A stretch of 54,854 nt of DNA from Actinomycetota bacterium (GCA_947505195.1 CANNIM010000001.1:1-54854); one strand, 5' to 3'. Counted from the stretch's first letter, positions 29,012 through 38,829 are shown. The notes: a model not told the origin generated them from the sequence alone. Translations and numbers: made by a program.

Positions 29012-29830
29012 ATGCCTGAGGTAAAACCAAATTTCGCTCGCGACTGGGTCGAATTTATAGATCCTGCAAAGCCAGAAGAACTTTACAAATGCGACCTGAC
29101 TTGGCTCACTTCTTATTGGACATGCATCTATGGAAACGGTTGCTGTGGCATTGATGCTGACAAGCCAGATGCTGGTTGTTGTTCTGATGGTGCTTATTAT
29201 TCTGATGATGCAGATGAGAAGAGAACGCTGGAAGTTGCGAAGCGTTTAACGCCAGAAATGTGGCAATATTTCGATGAGGCCCAGCCAAAGAAATCCAAGG
29301 GCAAGATGCAAATTTCTGAGACTGGCTTAGATAAAGATCGCAAGACCAGAAAAATTGATGATTCATGTATCTTCTTAAATCGTAAGGGTTACAGCGCTCC
29401 TGGATTTACCGGTAACTTTGGTTGCGTACTTCATCACTTGGCAGAAAAAGAGGGCGTCCACTTTGTAGAAACAAAGCCAGATGTTTGTTGGCAACTTCCA
29501 ATTCGCAGAAGTTTTGAAGAGCGAGAATTTGGCGATAAACAAGTCACTGTAAATGTGATTGGTGAATATGAACGCTTAGCATGGGGCGATGGCGGGGAAG
29601 ATTTTGATTGGTATTGCACAAGCAATACTGAAGCACATGTGGGCCGCGAACCTGTTTATATCTCAAATAAGGTTGAACTCGTTGCGCTTATGGGACAACC
29701 GGCATATGACGTCCTCAAAGAGCATTGTGATAATCGAATTGAAGCAATTGCTACAACACGTAAAGAGCAGAAGAAGCGTGAATTACCACTCTTTATAATT
29801 CATCCCGCAACAGTTGCAGCAGGCAAGTAA
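29012..29830 (+). CDS. Conserved Cys-rich hypothetical protein (DUF3109/YkgJ-like metal-cluster protein)
   Basis: WTCIYGNGCCG, GCCSDGA, CIFLNR, GCVLH, KPDVCWQLP, WYC. Confidence 0.75.
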   Translation: MPEVKPNFARDWVEFIDPAKPEELYKCDLTWLTSYWTCIYGNGCCGIDADKPDAGCCSDGAYYSDDADEKRTLEVAKRLTPEMWQYFDEAQPKKSKGKMQISETGLDKDRKTRKIDDSCIFLNRKGYSAPGFTGNFGCVLHHLAEKEGVHFVETKPDVCWQLPIRRSFEEREFGDKQVTVNVIGEYERLAWGDGGEDFDWYCTSNTEAHVGREPVYISNKVELVALMGQPAYDVLKEHCDNRIEAIATTRKEQKKRELPLFIIHPATVAAGK

Positions 29831-29831
29831 T

Positions 29832-30785
29832 TTAAGCCAGCGCTTTTTGATCGAGTTTTGAAGTAACAATCATGTGTGGAACTGTTAAGGCCCAAACTAC
29901 AACTAGTAAATACCATAGATAACTACCATCAAGGTTTTTACCGTCAATAAGCGCAATTACTAGAGCAACAAGAAGTGCTCCAAAAAGTGCAGGTAGACCA
30001 GGTACAACAACTGCGATAAAAGATCCTTTAACGCTATTGCGCTCGGCTTCTTTAATAGCCTTTGGAAAAATTAAAGTCAGCCTTGATGTGTGGCGCATTG
30101 CATGCCAAAACCCAAAGTAGACAGCGAATGCAACTAGCGGTGGCGCAATAATTGCCAACCCAGCTAAAAGAGTTAAATCAATCATTTCTCGATAACGTCT
30201 CTCTTTTAACAGAAGAATTGACGTTGCCACGAAGAAAAAACCAACTAAAAACTCAATTTGTGGTGAGACATCCGAAGCCCAACTAATTAACAATGGGTTA
30301 ATTTCACGGAGCGCACTAGCCGTCGTATCTTTTAATAAGGGTATAAATACTGGAATTGCACCTGAGGAGATAGCGAACATTGTTTGCGTCTTGAAAGTCA
30401 TCCTGCTCTTCTGATTTAGCCGATCTTTTTCCGCAATAAAAGCGGCATCTCCAAAGCCAAAGTGCAACGCACTCATTACCAATACCAGCTGAAATCCCAA
30501 TTTGTTCCAGTGCAAAATAGCGAAAACTGCAATTATCGCAACTGCGACGTAGATAAATATCAATAAGTACCACTTAGATTTAGTCGTTGCTGGTAGCGCA
30601 ACCAAATGATCTATAGCACCATGTGGGATTCCGAGTGTTAGTGCGACTAGGGCAAAGCCAATCTGCCAGCCCAGACTCTCCCCAGCAGTCGTTAAGTTAA
30701 GAATCCCAGAGATGAGAATTGCAAGCAGAACCACAAGGGAGGAGAATTTTCGTACTGAGTTAAATACCATCTTGGCGCCGTTCAC
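29832..30785 (-). CDS. blh: Beta-carotene 15,15'-dioxygenase (Brp/Blh family)
   Basis: GIPHGAIDH, HFG, WHAMRH, LTVPHM histidine motifs; multi-TM; next to the rhodopsin gene. Confidence 0.92.
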   Translation of the reverse strand: MNGAKMVFNSVRKFSSLVVLLAILISGILNLTTAGESLGWQIGFALVALTLGIPHGAIDHLVALPATTKSKWYLLIFIYVAVAIIAVFAILHWNKLGFQLVLVMSALHFGFGDAAFIAEKDRLNQKSRMTFKTQTMFAISSGAIPVFIPLLKDTTASALREINPLLISWASDVSPQIEFLVGFFFVATSILLLKERRYREMIDLTLLAGLAIIAPPLVAFAVYFGFWHAMRHTSRLTLIFPKAIKEAERNSVKGSFIAVVVPGLPALFGALLVALVIALIDGKNLDGSYLWYLLVVVWALTVPHMIVTSKLDQKALA

Positions 30786-30830
30786 GGGACTAGTATACGA
30801 ACAGTTTCGTGATTTGTAGGGAGAGCTGAA

Positions 30831-31166
30831 TTGTTGAAGTTTGGATATTTAGCAATGCTTACCTTCACGGTAGTTGGTTCTTTCTGGTTGGAAATTGTTC
30901 TTAAAATTAGGGTGCTCCGCCGGATCAAGCGCGTTCTAATGAGCGTAATTCCAGTTGCAATTCCCTTCCTTATTTGGGATGCATATGCCGTAGCTAATGG
31001 CCACTGGAAATTTGATTCAGAACAAATTCTAGGAATTTATGGTCCTTTTAATATTCCACTAGAAGAATTTCTCTTCTTTTTAATAGTTCCGATCGCTGCA
31101 ATTATGACTATCGAGGGCGTTCGAAGCGTTAAGAAGCACTGGCCGGTAGGTGATGAACCTAAATGA
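30831..31166 (+). CDS. crtYc: Heterodimeric lycopene cyclase subunit
   Basis: FLIWDAYAV...W.F...IPLEEFLFF. Confidence 0.87.
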   Translation: MLKFGYLAMLTFTVVGSFWLEIVLKIRVLRRIKRVLMSVIPVAIPFLIWDAYAVANGHWKFDSEQILGIYGPFNIPLEEFLFFLIVPIAAIMTIEGVRSVKKHWPVGDEPK

Positions 31167-31471
31167 TTTACACAGACATTGCACTCGGTGGAGTTATCGC
31201 AGCAGTTCTATTTGATTTGTATGGTACTAAAACAATGTTGCTAACTAAATCCTTATTCTGGACTTCTTACGCAATTATTTTACCTTTCCAACTTCTAACG
31301 AATTGGTGGCTGACTTCTAGAAACATCGTTATGTATAGCCCTGATGCAATAGTTGGCCGACGAATTTGTAGCGCGCCTATGGAAGATCTGCTCTTTGGTT
31401 TTGCTCTTGTATTGTCTGTAATGAGCTTATGGGTTTATTGGGGACGTAAAGGTTTTCAGCCTAAAGATTAA
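31163..31471 (+). CDS. crtYd: Heterodimeric lycopene cyclase subunit
   Basis: IVMYS...APMEDLLFG; ATGA overlap with the previous gene. Confidence 0.85.
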   Translation: MIYTDIALGGVIAAVLFDLYGTKTMLLTKSLFWTSYAIILPFQLLTNWWLTSRNIVMYSPDAIVGRRICSAPMEDLLFGFALVLSVMSLWVYWGRKGFQPKD

Positions 31472-31704
31472 TTAATGCCCGAGTAAATAATCGTTGCAAC
31501 TCCCACAACTATAGAAATCATCTTGGCGCCTTTAGTGTTTAATATTTTCACAGTTGCAGGTATGACAGTCATTATCAAGACCAAGACACCAGGTGAGAGG
31601 ATAATTAGGCTGTGAGTAAGTACCCCGGGTTCCCCAGTTTGGTAACGTAAATTCAATAGCCCAATAGCAATTAGTAAATAGCCGCCCCATCGATAATTTG
31701 TCAT
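31468..31704 (-). CDS. Small hypothetical membrane protein (78 aa)
   Basis: MTNYRWGGYLLIAIG...; two to three hydrophobic segments; ATG 31704 preceded by TATCCT; fills the gap between crtYd and the actR terminator. Confidence 0.7.
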   Translation of the reverse strand: MTNYRWGGYLLIAIGLLNLRYQTGEPGVLTHSLIILSPGVLVLIMTVIPATVKILNTKGAKMISIVVGVATIIYSGIN

Positions 31705-31738
31705 ATTTAAGGATACCCCTTTAGCGCGATTCAATTAG

Positions 31739-31776
31739 AAAAAAATTTGGGGGCCCCCCGAAAGGCGCCCCCAAAT
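31739..31776 (-). terminator. Intrinsic terminator of the actinorhodopsin gene
   Basis: Minus strand ATTTGGGGGCGCCT-TTCG-GGGGGCCCCCAAAT followed by a T-run, about 20 nt after the stop. Confidence 0.88.
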
Positions 31777-31796
31777 CTACTTTTAGTTAGATCAGA

Positions 31797-32564
31797 TTAG
31801 TGATCTTCCTTCATACCTTCTGCTGCAGACTTCAGACGAGCAATCTTGTAGATTGTTAATCCGAATACGCACTTTGCAAGTACGTCTGCGATTGTGTAAC
31901 CAATTTGGCGATTAACAAATGCACCTGGATCGGTTGCAGCTGTATCGGTAAGAATTGGAAGTAGGTAAGAAATTGGGTAAACGCCCCATGTTGCGATCAA
32001 TAGTAGACGTAGACGACCAACTGTTGCTGCTACACCTTCTGGTTGACGTTCCAATGACTTTCCAAGTTCTACGAATAGAACGTAAAGGATGTATAGGAAT
32101 GGGATTGTTGATAGAACGCCCCAAATTACTTTAGGACCTGATTCTGTTGCGATTTCACCTGGGTAGCCAAGTGCGATCATTGCAGCTGAAGCAGGAACTA
32201 GGCGAGCGATTAGTGAACTTGCAGCTGCCTTAGCGAGCGCAAGTACTGCAATAACTTCTACAAGTAGAAGAGGTACGGTCAGGATCCAGTCAACGTAACG
32301 GTATGCCTCATTAAAAGCACCCTTTGCTGTTCCAACTGTAACTCCGCCGTCAACTGATGACTCTCCAAATGAGTTGAAGATACGCCAGTAGTGGTACGCA
32401 GCAATGAATGTAACCATTGAAGATAGAACAAGTGCATTACGGTATTTAGGTAGTACGCGAGCTTGTGACACCAATGTGTAAACGGTGCATGCAAGCATCG
32501 AGATCAAGCCAAATGAGAACATGTTGTACAACGTGCTCCATTGACCGTTTGTTAGGTTTACCAT
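31797..32564 (-). CDS. actR: Actinorhodopsin (xanthorhodopsin-like light-driven proton pump)
   Basis: AYRYVDWILTVPLLLVE (DTE motif), WGVLSTIPF, TWGVYPI, retinal-binding Lys in DVLAKCVFG; SD GGAGG. Confidence 0.97.
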   Translation of the reverse strand: MVNLTNGQWSTLYNMFSFGLISMLACTVYTLVSQARVLPKYRNALVLSSMVTFIAAYHYWRIFNSFGESSVDGGVTVGTAKGAFNEAYRYVDWILTVPLLLVEVIAVLALAKAAASSLIARLVPASAAMIALGYPGEIATESGPKVIWGVLSTIPFLYILYVLFVELGKSLERQPEGVAATVGRLRLLLIATWGVYPISYLLPILTDTAATDPGAFVNRQIGYTIADVLAKCVFGLTIYKIARLKSAAEGMKEDH

Positions 32565-32670
32565 TACTTAGCCTCCGTGGGGCGTTTTGGTTCTGGGCTT
32601 CGGGTGAAGCGCCAGCCGCCTAAATTGCACTCCCATATGTGAAGCACAAGTCCTGCGTGGTTAAATGGTA
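32565..32670 (-). promoter_or_regulatory. actR promoter and structured 5' leader
   Basis: TACCAT -10 at 32665-32670; hairpins at 32625-32649 and 32593-32615; SD before the ATG. Confidence 0.5.
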
Positions 32671-32766
32671 AAGGTGCATGACGTGAAAATCTCGGTTATT
32701 TCCCAGAATTTTTCGATTTTTAGGGTAATTCCTGAGCGTGTGGGCGGCTACATATAGCCTTCTGCC

Positions 32767-34143
32767 ATGGCAAAAAAGGCAGCTCCCACTAAAGACCCCT
32801 TCCGCTGCACCGAATGCGGATGGACAACCACGAAGTGGGTAGGCCGTTGTGGCGAGTGCCAGGCGTGGGGTTCTGTTGAAGAAGTCGCAGCACCAAAGCG
32901 GCTTTCATTAGTAGCCGGCCAAGTGACTTCTGCAGCGCTGCCGATAGGTGAAGTTAGTTTAGAGAATGCCAAAGCGCGATCAAGTGGGGTCAGCGAATTA
33001 GATCGAGTTCTTGGTGGTGGCTTAGTACCCGGAGCCGCAATTTTATTGGCTGGCGAACCAGGTGTAGGAAAATCAACTTTGTTATTAAGTGTTGCTGCGC
33101 AAAGTGCGCGCCAAAATATAAGTGCACTTTACATAAGTGGTGAAGAATCAGCGTCACAAGTTCGCCTTCGTGCTGAACGTTTAGATGCAATCGATGCAAA
33201 TTTATGGCTGGCATCCGAGAACGAACTCGGATCGGTAATTGCCCATATAGATTTAGTTAAACCCCAATTACTAATTATTGATTCGATTCAGACAATTGCA
33301 AGTACCGCTGTAGATGGTGCACCTGGTGGGGTAACTCAGGTACGAGAAATTGCTGCTGCTCTAATTAGAATTGCCAAAGAACGTTCAATCACCTTAATTT
33401 TAGTTGGACATGTAACGAAAGATGGCTCAATTGCTGGGCCAAGATTGCTTGAGCATATTGTTGATGTTGTACTTAATTTTGAAGGTGAGCGCCATTCCAG
33501 GCTGCGTTTGATTCGTGCTATTAAGAATCGTTTCGGAGCATCAGATGAAGTTGGCTGCTTTGATATGAATGAAAATGGAATTACTTCACTCCCCGATCCA
33601 ACTGGTTTATTTACTACAAGACATAGTGAACCCGTTCCTGGAACTTGTGTAACTGTGACGTTAGAGGGACGACGTCCTTTACTCGCAGAAATCCAAGCAC
33701 TCGTAGGTGCCGCTGTTCCTGATGGGCGAGATTTTGGAAACTCAAGGAGAGTTACATCAGGACTAGATAATCCGCGCACTGCAATGACTTTGGCAGTTCT
33801 CGAATTACGTGCAAACATTAGAACTTCTGGCCGTGATGTTTACGTTGCAACAGTCGGTGGTATGAAGATTGCCGAACCTGCCGCAGATCTCGCGGTTGCA
33901 TTAGCGGTTGGTTCAGCTGCAAAAGGTTTAGCACTCCCTGCAGATTTGATTGCAATTGGTGAAGTTGGTTTAGCAGGTGAAATTAGAAAAGTTACAGGTG
34001 CAACGCAGCGCATAAGCGAAGCTGCACGTTTAGGATTCAAGAGAGCGATAGTTCCAGCAGGAAGCGATATTAAAATCCCAGGGATTGAAATTATGGAGGT
34101 CGCCCGCTTAGAGCAGGCGATTGCTCGCGTAAAGATTAATTAG
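32767..34143 (+). CDS. radA: DNA repair protein RadA/Sms
   Basis: C4 zinc finger, GEPGVGKST, KNRFG, Lon-like C-terminus. Confidence 0.96.
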   Translation: MAKKAAPTKDPFRCTECGWTTTKWVGRCGECQAWGSVEEVAAPKRLSLVAGQVTSAALPIGEVSLENAKARSSGVSELDRVLGGGLVPGAAILLAGEPGVGKSTLLLSVAAQSARQNISALYISGEESASQVRLRAERLDAIDANLWLASENELGSVIAHIDLVKPQLLIIDSIQTIASTAVDGAPGGVTQVREIAAALIRIAKERSITLILVGHVTKDGSIAGPRLLEHIVDVVLNFEGERHSRLRLIRAIKNRFGASDEVGCFDMNENGITSLPDPTGLFTTRHSEPVPGTCVTVTLEGRRPLLAEIQALVGAAVPDGRDFGNSRRVTSGLDNPRTAMTLAVLELRANIRTSGRDVYVATVGGMKIAEPAADLAVALAVGSAAKGLALPADLIAIGEVGLAGEIRKVTGATQRISEAARLGFKRAIVPAGSDIKIPGIEIMEVARLEQAIARVKIN

Positions 34144-36640
34144 CAGAAGGAGCTTGCGCTAAATCGCCAGGAGTATCTGGCATTTCAGCTTTAGGCATTC
34201 CCTTAAATGTGAAAATGTCTTTCTCATCTTCAACTGCGGTTCCAACCAAGATGATTTCTCCAGCTTTTAAATCACCAAAGAGAATCTTCTCTGAAAGCGC
34301 ATCTTCGATTTCGCGTTGAATACAACGTCGAAGTGGACGCGCTCCAAGAAGTGGGTCATAGCCCCTCTTGGCAAGAAGTAATTTAGCCTCAGTCGTTAGT
34401 TCAATTCCCATATCGCGAGCACGAAGTCTCTCATCCAAGTTAGAGATCATTAGATCAACAATTTGAATAATCTCGTTCTCTGTTAATTGATGGAAGACAA
34501 TTACATCATCAATTCGGTTTAAAAATTCTGGGCGGAAGTGGCTCTTTAGCTCATCGCTAACCTTGCCCTTCATGCGCTCATAATTTCCTTGTTCATCTGA
34601 AGCATTTGTGAATCCAAGGTTTAACGTCTTGGAAATATCACGAGTACCTAAGTTTGTAGTCATGATGATAATTGTGTTTTTAAAATCAACGACACGTCCT
34701 TGGGAGTCGGTCAGACGACCATCCTCAAGAACTTGCAGAAGTGAGTTAAAGATATCTGGATGCGCCTTCTCGATCTCATCGAAGAGTACGACTGAGAATG
34801 GCTTGCGGCGAACTTTCTCTGTTAGCTGTCCACCTTCGTCGTAACCAACATAACCTGGAGGTGCACCAAAGAGGCGAGATGCAGTGTGCTTCTCAGAATA
34901 TTCAGACATATCAAGTTGGATAAGTGCATCTGCATTTCCAAATAAAAATTGGGCAAGGGTTCTAGAGAGCTCAGTCTTACCAACGCCAGATGGGCCAGCG
35001 AAGATAAATGAACCACCGGGACGCTTTGGATCTTTTAGACCAGCACGTGTCCGGCGAATTGCTTGAGAGAGGGCTTTAATTGCTTGTTCTTGACCAATAA
35101 CGCGGCGATGCAGTTCATCTTCCATACGTAGCAAGCGAGCAGTCTCTGCTTCGGTTAATTTAAATACTGGAATACCGGTTGCATTCGATAGCACTTCAGC
35201 GATTAACTCTTCGGTCACTTCAGCGACAACATCTAAATCGCCAGCTTTCCAAGTTTTTTCTGCTTCGTGCTTCTCAGCGATCAAAACCTTCTCTTTATCG
35301 CGGAAGGCAGCTGCACCTTCAAAGTCTTGAGAATCAATTGCTGATTCCTTCTCTTTGCGAGCATCGGCAATTTTGTCATCATAGGCACGTAGCTCTGGCG
35401 GCGCAGTCATGCGACGAATACGAAGCCTAGAACCAGCTTCATCGATTAGATCGATTGCCTTATCTGGAAGGAAGCGATCTGAAATATAACGATCGGCCAT
35501 TTGTGCAGCGCCGACAAGTGCGGCATCTGTGATGGAAACTTTATGATGAGATTCGTAGCGATCACGAAGTCCCTTAAGGATTTCAATTGTGTGTTCCACG
35601 GTTGGTTCAGCAACTTGAATTGGTTGGAAGCGACGTTCTAGTGCAGCATCTTTCTCGAAGTGCTTACGATATTCATCAAGAGTGGTTGCACCAATTGTCT
35701 GTAACTCACCTCGAGCGAGCATTGGCTTCAAGATGCTTGCTGCATCAATTGCGCCTTCTGCTGCGCCTGCGCCGACAAGGGTATGAATCTCATCGATAAA
35801 AAGAATGATGTCACCACGAGTACGAATCTCTTTTAACACTTTCTTCAAGCGCTCTTCGAAATCTCCACGGTAACGACTTCCAGCTACGAGTGCTCCAAGA
35901 TCTAGAGAGTAAACCTGCTTGTCTTTAAGTGTTTCAGGAACATCACCTTTAACAATTAATTGTGCCAAACCTTCAACAATTGCCGTCTTACCGACACCAG
36001 GTTCACCAATTAGAACCGGGTTATTTTTTGTTCGGCGAGAAAGTATCTGCATTACGCGTTCGATTTCTATGTCACGACCAATTACCGGATCAAGTTTTCC
36101 TTCACGTGCTGCTTGTGTGAGGTTGCGACCAAATTGGTCTAGTACTAACGATGTTGATGGAGTTCCTTCTGCAGGTGCTCCTGAAGTTGCAGCTTCTTTT
36201 CCTTGATAACCAGAGAGAAGTGAAATAACTTGAGTACGTACTCGATTTAAATCTGCACCAAGTTTTACTAGAACTTGTGCTGCAACGCCTTCGCCTTCAC
36301 GAATTAAACCAAGAAGAATATGTTCGGTTCCAATGTAGTTGTGCCCGAGTTGGAGCGCTTCACGAAGTGATAGTTCAAGAACTTTCTTCGCGCGCGGTGT
36401 AAAAGGAATATGTCCAGAAGGCGCTTGTTGGCCCTGCCCGATTATTTCCTCGACTTGAGAACGAACCGCTTCAAGTGAAATTCCAAGAGCTTCGAGAGCT
36501 TTTGCTGCGACGCCTTCACCTTCGTGAATTAAACCAAGAAGTATGTGTTCGGTTCCGATGTAATTGTGGTTGAGCATGCGTGCCTCTTCTTGGGCCAGCA
36601 CAACAACTCGTCGGGCTCGATCAGTAAAGCGCTCGAACAT
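34136..36640 (-). CDS. clpC: ATP-dependent Clp protease ATPase ClpC
   Basis: [21 protein letters not shown], two Walker A motifs ([16 protein letters not shown]). Confidence 0.97.
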   Translation of the reverse strand: MFERFTDRARRVVVLAQEEARMLNHNYIGTEHILLGLIHEGEGVAAKALEALGISLEAVRSQVEEIIGQGQQAPSGHIPFTPRAKKVLELSLREALQLGHNYIGTEHILLGLIREGEGVAAQVLVKLGADLNRVRTQVISLLSGYQGKEAATSGAPAEGTPSTSLVLDQFGRNLTQAAREGKLDPVIGRDIEIERVMQILSRRTKNNPVLIGEPGVGKTAIVEGLAQLIVKGDVPETLKDKQVYSLDLGALVAGSRYRGDFEERLKKVLKEIRTRGDIILFIDEIHTLVGAGAAEGAIDAASILKPMLARGELQTIGATTLDEYRKHFEKDAALERRFQPIQVAEPTVEHTIEILKGLRDRYESHHKVSITDAALVGAAQMADRYISDRFLPDKAIDLIDEAGSRLRIRRMTAPPELRAYDDKIADARKEKESAIDSQDFEGAAAFRDKEKVLIAEKHEAEKTWKAGDLDVVAEVTEELIAEVLSNATGIPVFKLTEAETARLLRMEDELHRRVIGQEQAIKALSQAIRRTRAGLKDPKRPGGSFIFAGPSGVGKTELSRTLAQFLFGNADALIQLDMSEYSEKHTASRLFGAPPGYVGYDEGGQLTEKVRRKPFSVVLFDEIEKAHPDIFNSLLQVLEDGRLTDSQGRVVDFKNTIIIMTTNLGTRDISKTLNLGFTNASDEQGNYERMKGKVSDELKSHFRPEFLNRIDDVIVFHQLTENEIIQIVDLMISNLDERLRARDMGIELTTEAKLLLAKRGYDPLLGARPLRRCIQREIEDALSEKILFGDLKAGEIILVGTAVEDEKDIFTFKGMPKAEMPDTPGDLAQAPSAN

Positions 36641-36798
36641 CGCAGGGCTTCCTCTCTTCTTGCTGTTTACGGTCTATCAATAGGTCAACTCTAATGCGAA
36701 GGGCTGTACTGGGGCTAACCCAATTTCGACCCAATTTATGCCCACGAAACTGAGATTTTGCCCAACATTTAGTGGTCAACCTGGAAATTAAAGGGTCT

Positions 36799-37296
36799 TT
36801 AAAGAGTGAGCAGCATTCGGGTATTGCCGAGGGTATTTGGTTTGACGCTCTCGAGATCCAAAAATTCGGCTACTCCGCTGTCATATGAGTGCAAAAGTTC
36901 CGTGTAAACATCTGGCGAAACTGGCGTTCCTTGTATCTCAAGAAAACCATGTCGACCAAAAAATTCTGTTTCAAATGTTAAACAAAATATTCTTTTGATT
37001 CCAAGTTCGGAAGCCCGCTTAATCAAAACTTCTAGTATCCCGTGTCCAACACCTTTACCGCGCACACTTTTATCTACTGCAACTGAACGCACTTCTGCTA
37101 GATCTTCCCACAAGACGTGCATCGCGCCGCAGCCAACAACTTTGCTATCTATTTCGGCAACGGTAAATTCTTGAACGCTTTCATAAAGCGTCACCGTCTC
37201 TTTAGTAAGTAAACGACGACCGGCTGCATACTCATCAATAATTGCTCGAATATTTTTTATATCAGAAGTTTTTGCTTGGCGAATTATCAGCGACAT
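36799..37296 (-). CDS. GNAT amino-acid N-acetyltransferase (short ArgA-like)
   Basis: LYESVQEF, WEDLAEVRSVAV, RGKGVG, FCLTFE, KPNTLGNTRM. Confidence 0.85.
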   Translation of the reverse strand: MSLIIRQAKTSDIKNIRAIIDEYAAGRRLLTKETVTLYESVQEFTVAEIDSKVVGCGAMHVLWEDLAEVRSVAVDKSVRGKGVGHGILEVLIKRASELGIKRIFCLTFETEFFGRHGFLEIQGTPVSPDVYTELLHSYDSGVAEFLDLESVKPNTLGNTRMLLTL

Positions 37297-37302
37297 AATT
37301 AT

Positions 37303-38829
37303 TTAAGATTCTTCCGGCTTTACTAATGGAAAGAGAATTGTTTCGCGAATACCAAGACCAGTCAGAGCCATAAGTAATCGATCGGCGCCCATTCCCATGC
37401 CTCCCATTGGCGGCATTGCATACTCCATCGCACGCAGGAAATCTTCATCTATCTGCATTGCTTCGAGATCACCCTTTGAACCAAGTGCTGCTTGTTCCGT
37501 CAATCGTTCACGTTGAATCACAGGATCAATTAATTCGGAGTATCCAGTTGCGAGTTCGAAACCATTTATATAAAGATCCCATTTTTCGGCGATTCCCGGA
37601 ATCTCGCGATGCGCACGTACAAGTGGTGAGGTATCAATTGGATAACCTTTAACAAATATTGGACCCGTTAACTTGCCTTCTGAAACGTGTTCAAATATCT
37701 CCTCGGCCAGCTTTCCAGTAATCCACTTTGGATCAATCTTCATGCCTAATTTTTCCGCGATTTTAACTAACTCTGGGCGAGGAGTTAAGGCTGTAACTTC
37801 TTCACCAACGCCTTTGGAAATCAAATCGAAGAGAGATGCTTCTTCCCATTTTCCACCGAGATCAACTTCTCTACCATCATGGTGAGCGACAACATGGCTA
37901 CCAGATGTTGCCATCGCAGCATCTTGGATGAGTTGACGCGTTAAATCTGCAATTGAATTCCAATCACCATAAGCCTCATAGCTTTCAATCATTGCAAATT
38001 CAGGTGAGTGGCTTGAATCTGCACCTTCATTTCTGAAGTTACGGTTAATTTCAAAGACGCGTTCAATTCCACCAACGACACAACGCTTAAGAAAAAGCTC
38101 GGGCGCTATGCGCAGAAACAGTTCCATGTCATATGCGTTGCTGAGTGTTTTAAATGGTCGGGCGGCTGCTCCACCATGCATGACTTGAAGCATCGGTGTT
38201 TCAACTTCAACGAAACCATGGTTGTGAAAAGTTTCACGAAGGGCCCGCATTACATTTGGTCGCAACCTGGCATTGGAACGTGCTTCTGGTCGCACAATTA
38301 GATCCACATAACGCATACGAACTCGGGTCTCTTCAGATAGCGGCTTATGATCGACTGGAAGGGGGCGAAGTGATTTTGCAGCCATCTTCCAACTTGAAGC
38401 AAGAATAGATAACTCACCGCGCTTTGAAGTTATAACTTCACCTGTGACACTTACTAAGTCTCCTAAATCAACATCTGATTTCCAAAGATCTAATACCTCT
38501 TGGCCAACTTTGTCGAGTGAGAACATCGCTTGAATTTCAGTTCCATCACCTTCGCGCAGAGTTGCGAAACATAATTTTCCGGTATCGCGCTTAAAAATTA
38601 CTCGTCCAGCTACGCTTTCAATAATTCCAGTAGCAATATCAATTGCCAACCCTTTATGAGTTTCACGAATTTCTTTAATGCTCTTTGTTCTTGGAACTTC
38701 AACTGGATATGGCTCAGTTCCACGCTCAATAATTGCCGCACGCTTCTCGCGACGAATCCGAAGCTGCTCTGGCAGATCATCTGCATCAGATACCGCTGGC
38801 GTATTTTGAGAGTTAATTTCTTCGCTCAT
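37303..38829 (-). CDS. lysS: Lysine-tRNA ligase (class II)
   Basis: HGGAAARPF, LRIAPEL, FRNEG, YSELIDP, MGADRL. Confidence 0.97.
   Translation of the reverse strand: MSEEINSQNTPAVSDADDLPEQLRIRREKRAAIIERGTEPYPVEVPRTKSIKEIRETHKGLAIDIATGIIESVAGRVIFKRDTGKLCFATLREGDGTEIQAMFSLDKVGQEVLDLWKSDVDLGDLVSVTGEVITSKRGELSILASSWKMAAKSLRPLPVDHKPLSEETRVRMRYVDLIVRPEARSNARLRPNVMRALRETFHNHGFVEVETPMLQVMHGGAAARPFKTLSNAYDMELFLRIAPELFLKRCVVGGIERVFEINRNFRNEGADSSHSPEFAMIESYEAYGDWNSIADLTRQLIQDAAMATSGSHVVAHHDGREVDLGGKWEEASLFDLISKGVGEEVTALTPRPELVKIAEKLGMKIDPKWITGKLAEEIFEHVSEGKLTGPIFVKGYPIDTSPLVRAHREIPGIAEKWDLYINGFELATGYSELIDPVIQRERLTEQAALGSKGDLEAMQIDEDFLRAMEYAMPPMGGMGMGADRLLMALTGLGIRETILFPLVKPEES

Noticed and set aside
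36230-36640. Internal near-duplication at the clpC 5' end ([14 protein letters not shown] twice)
   Set aside because: These are the normal tandem Clp N-domain repeats
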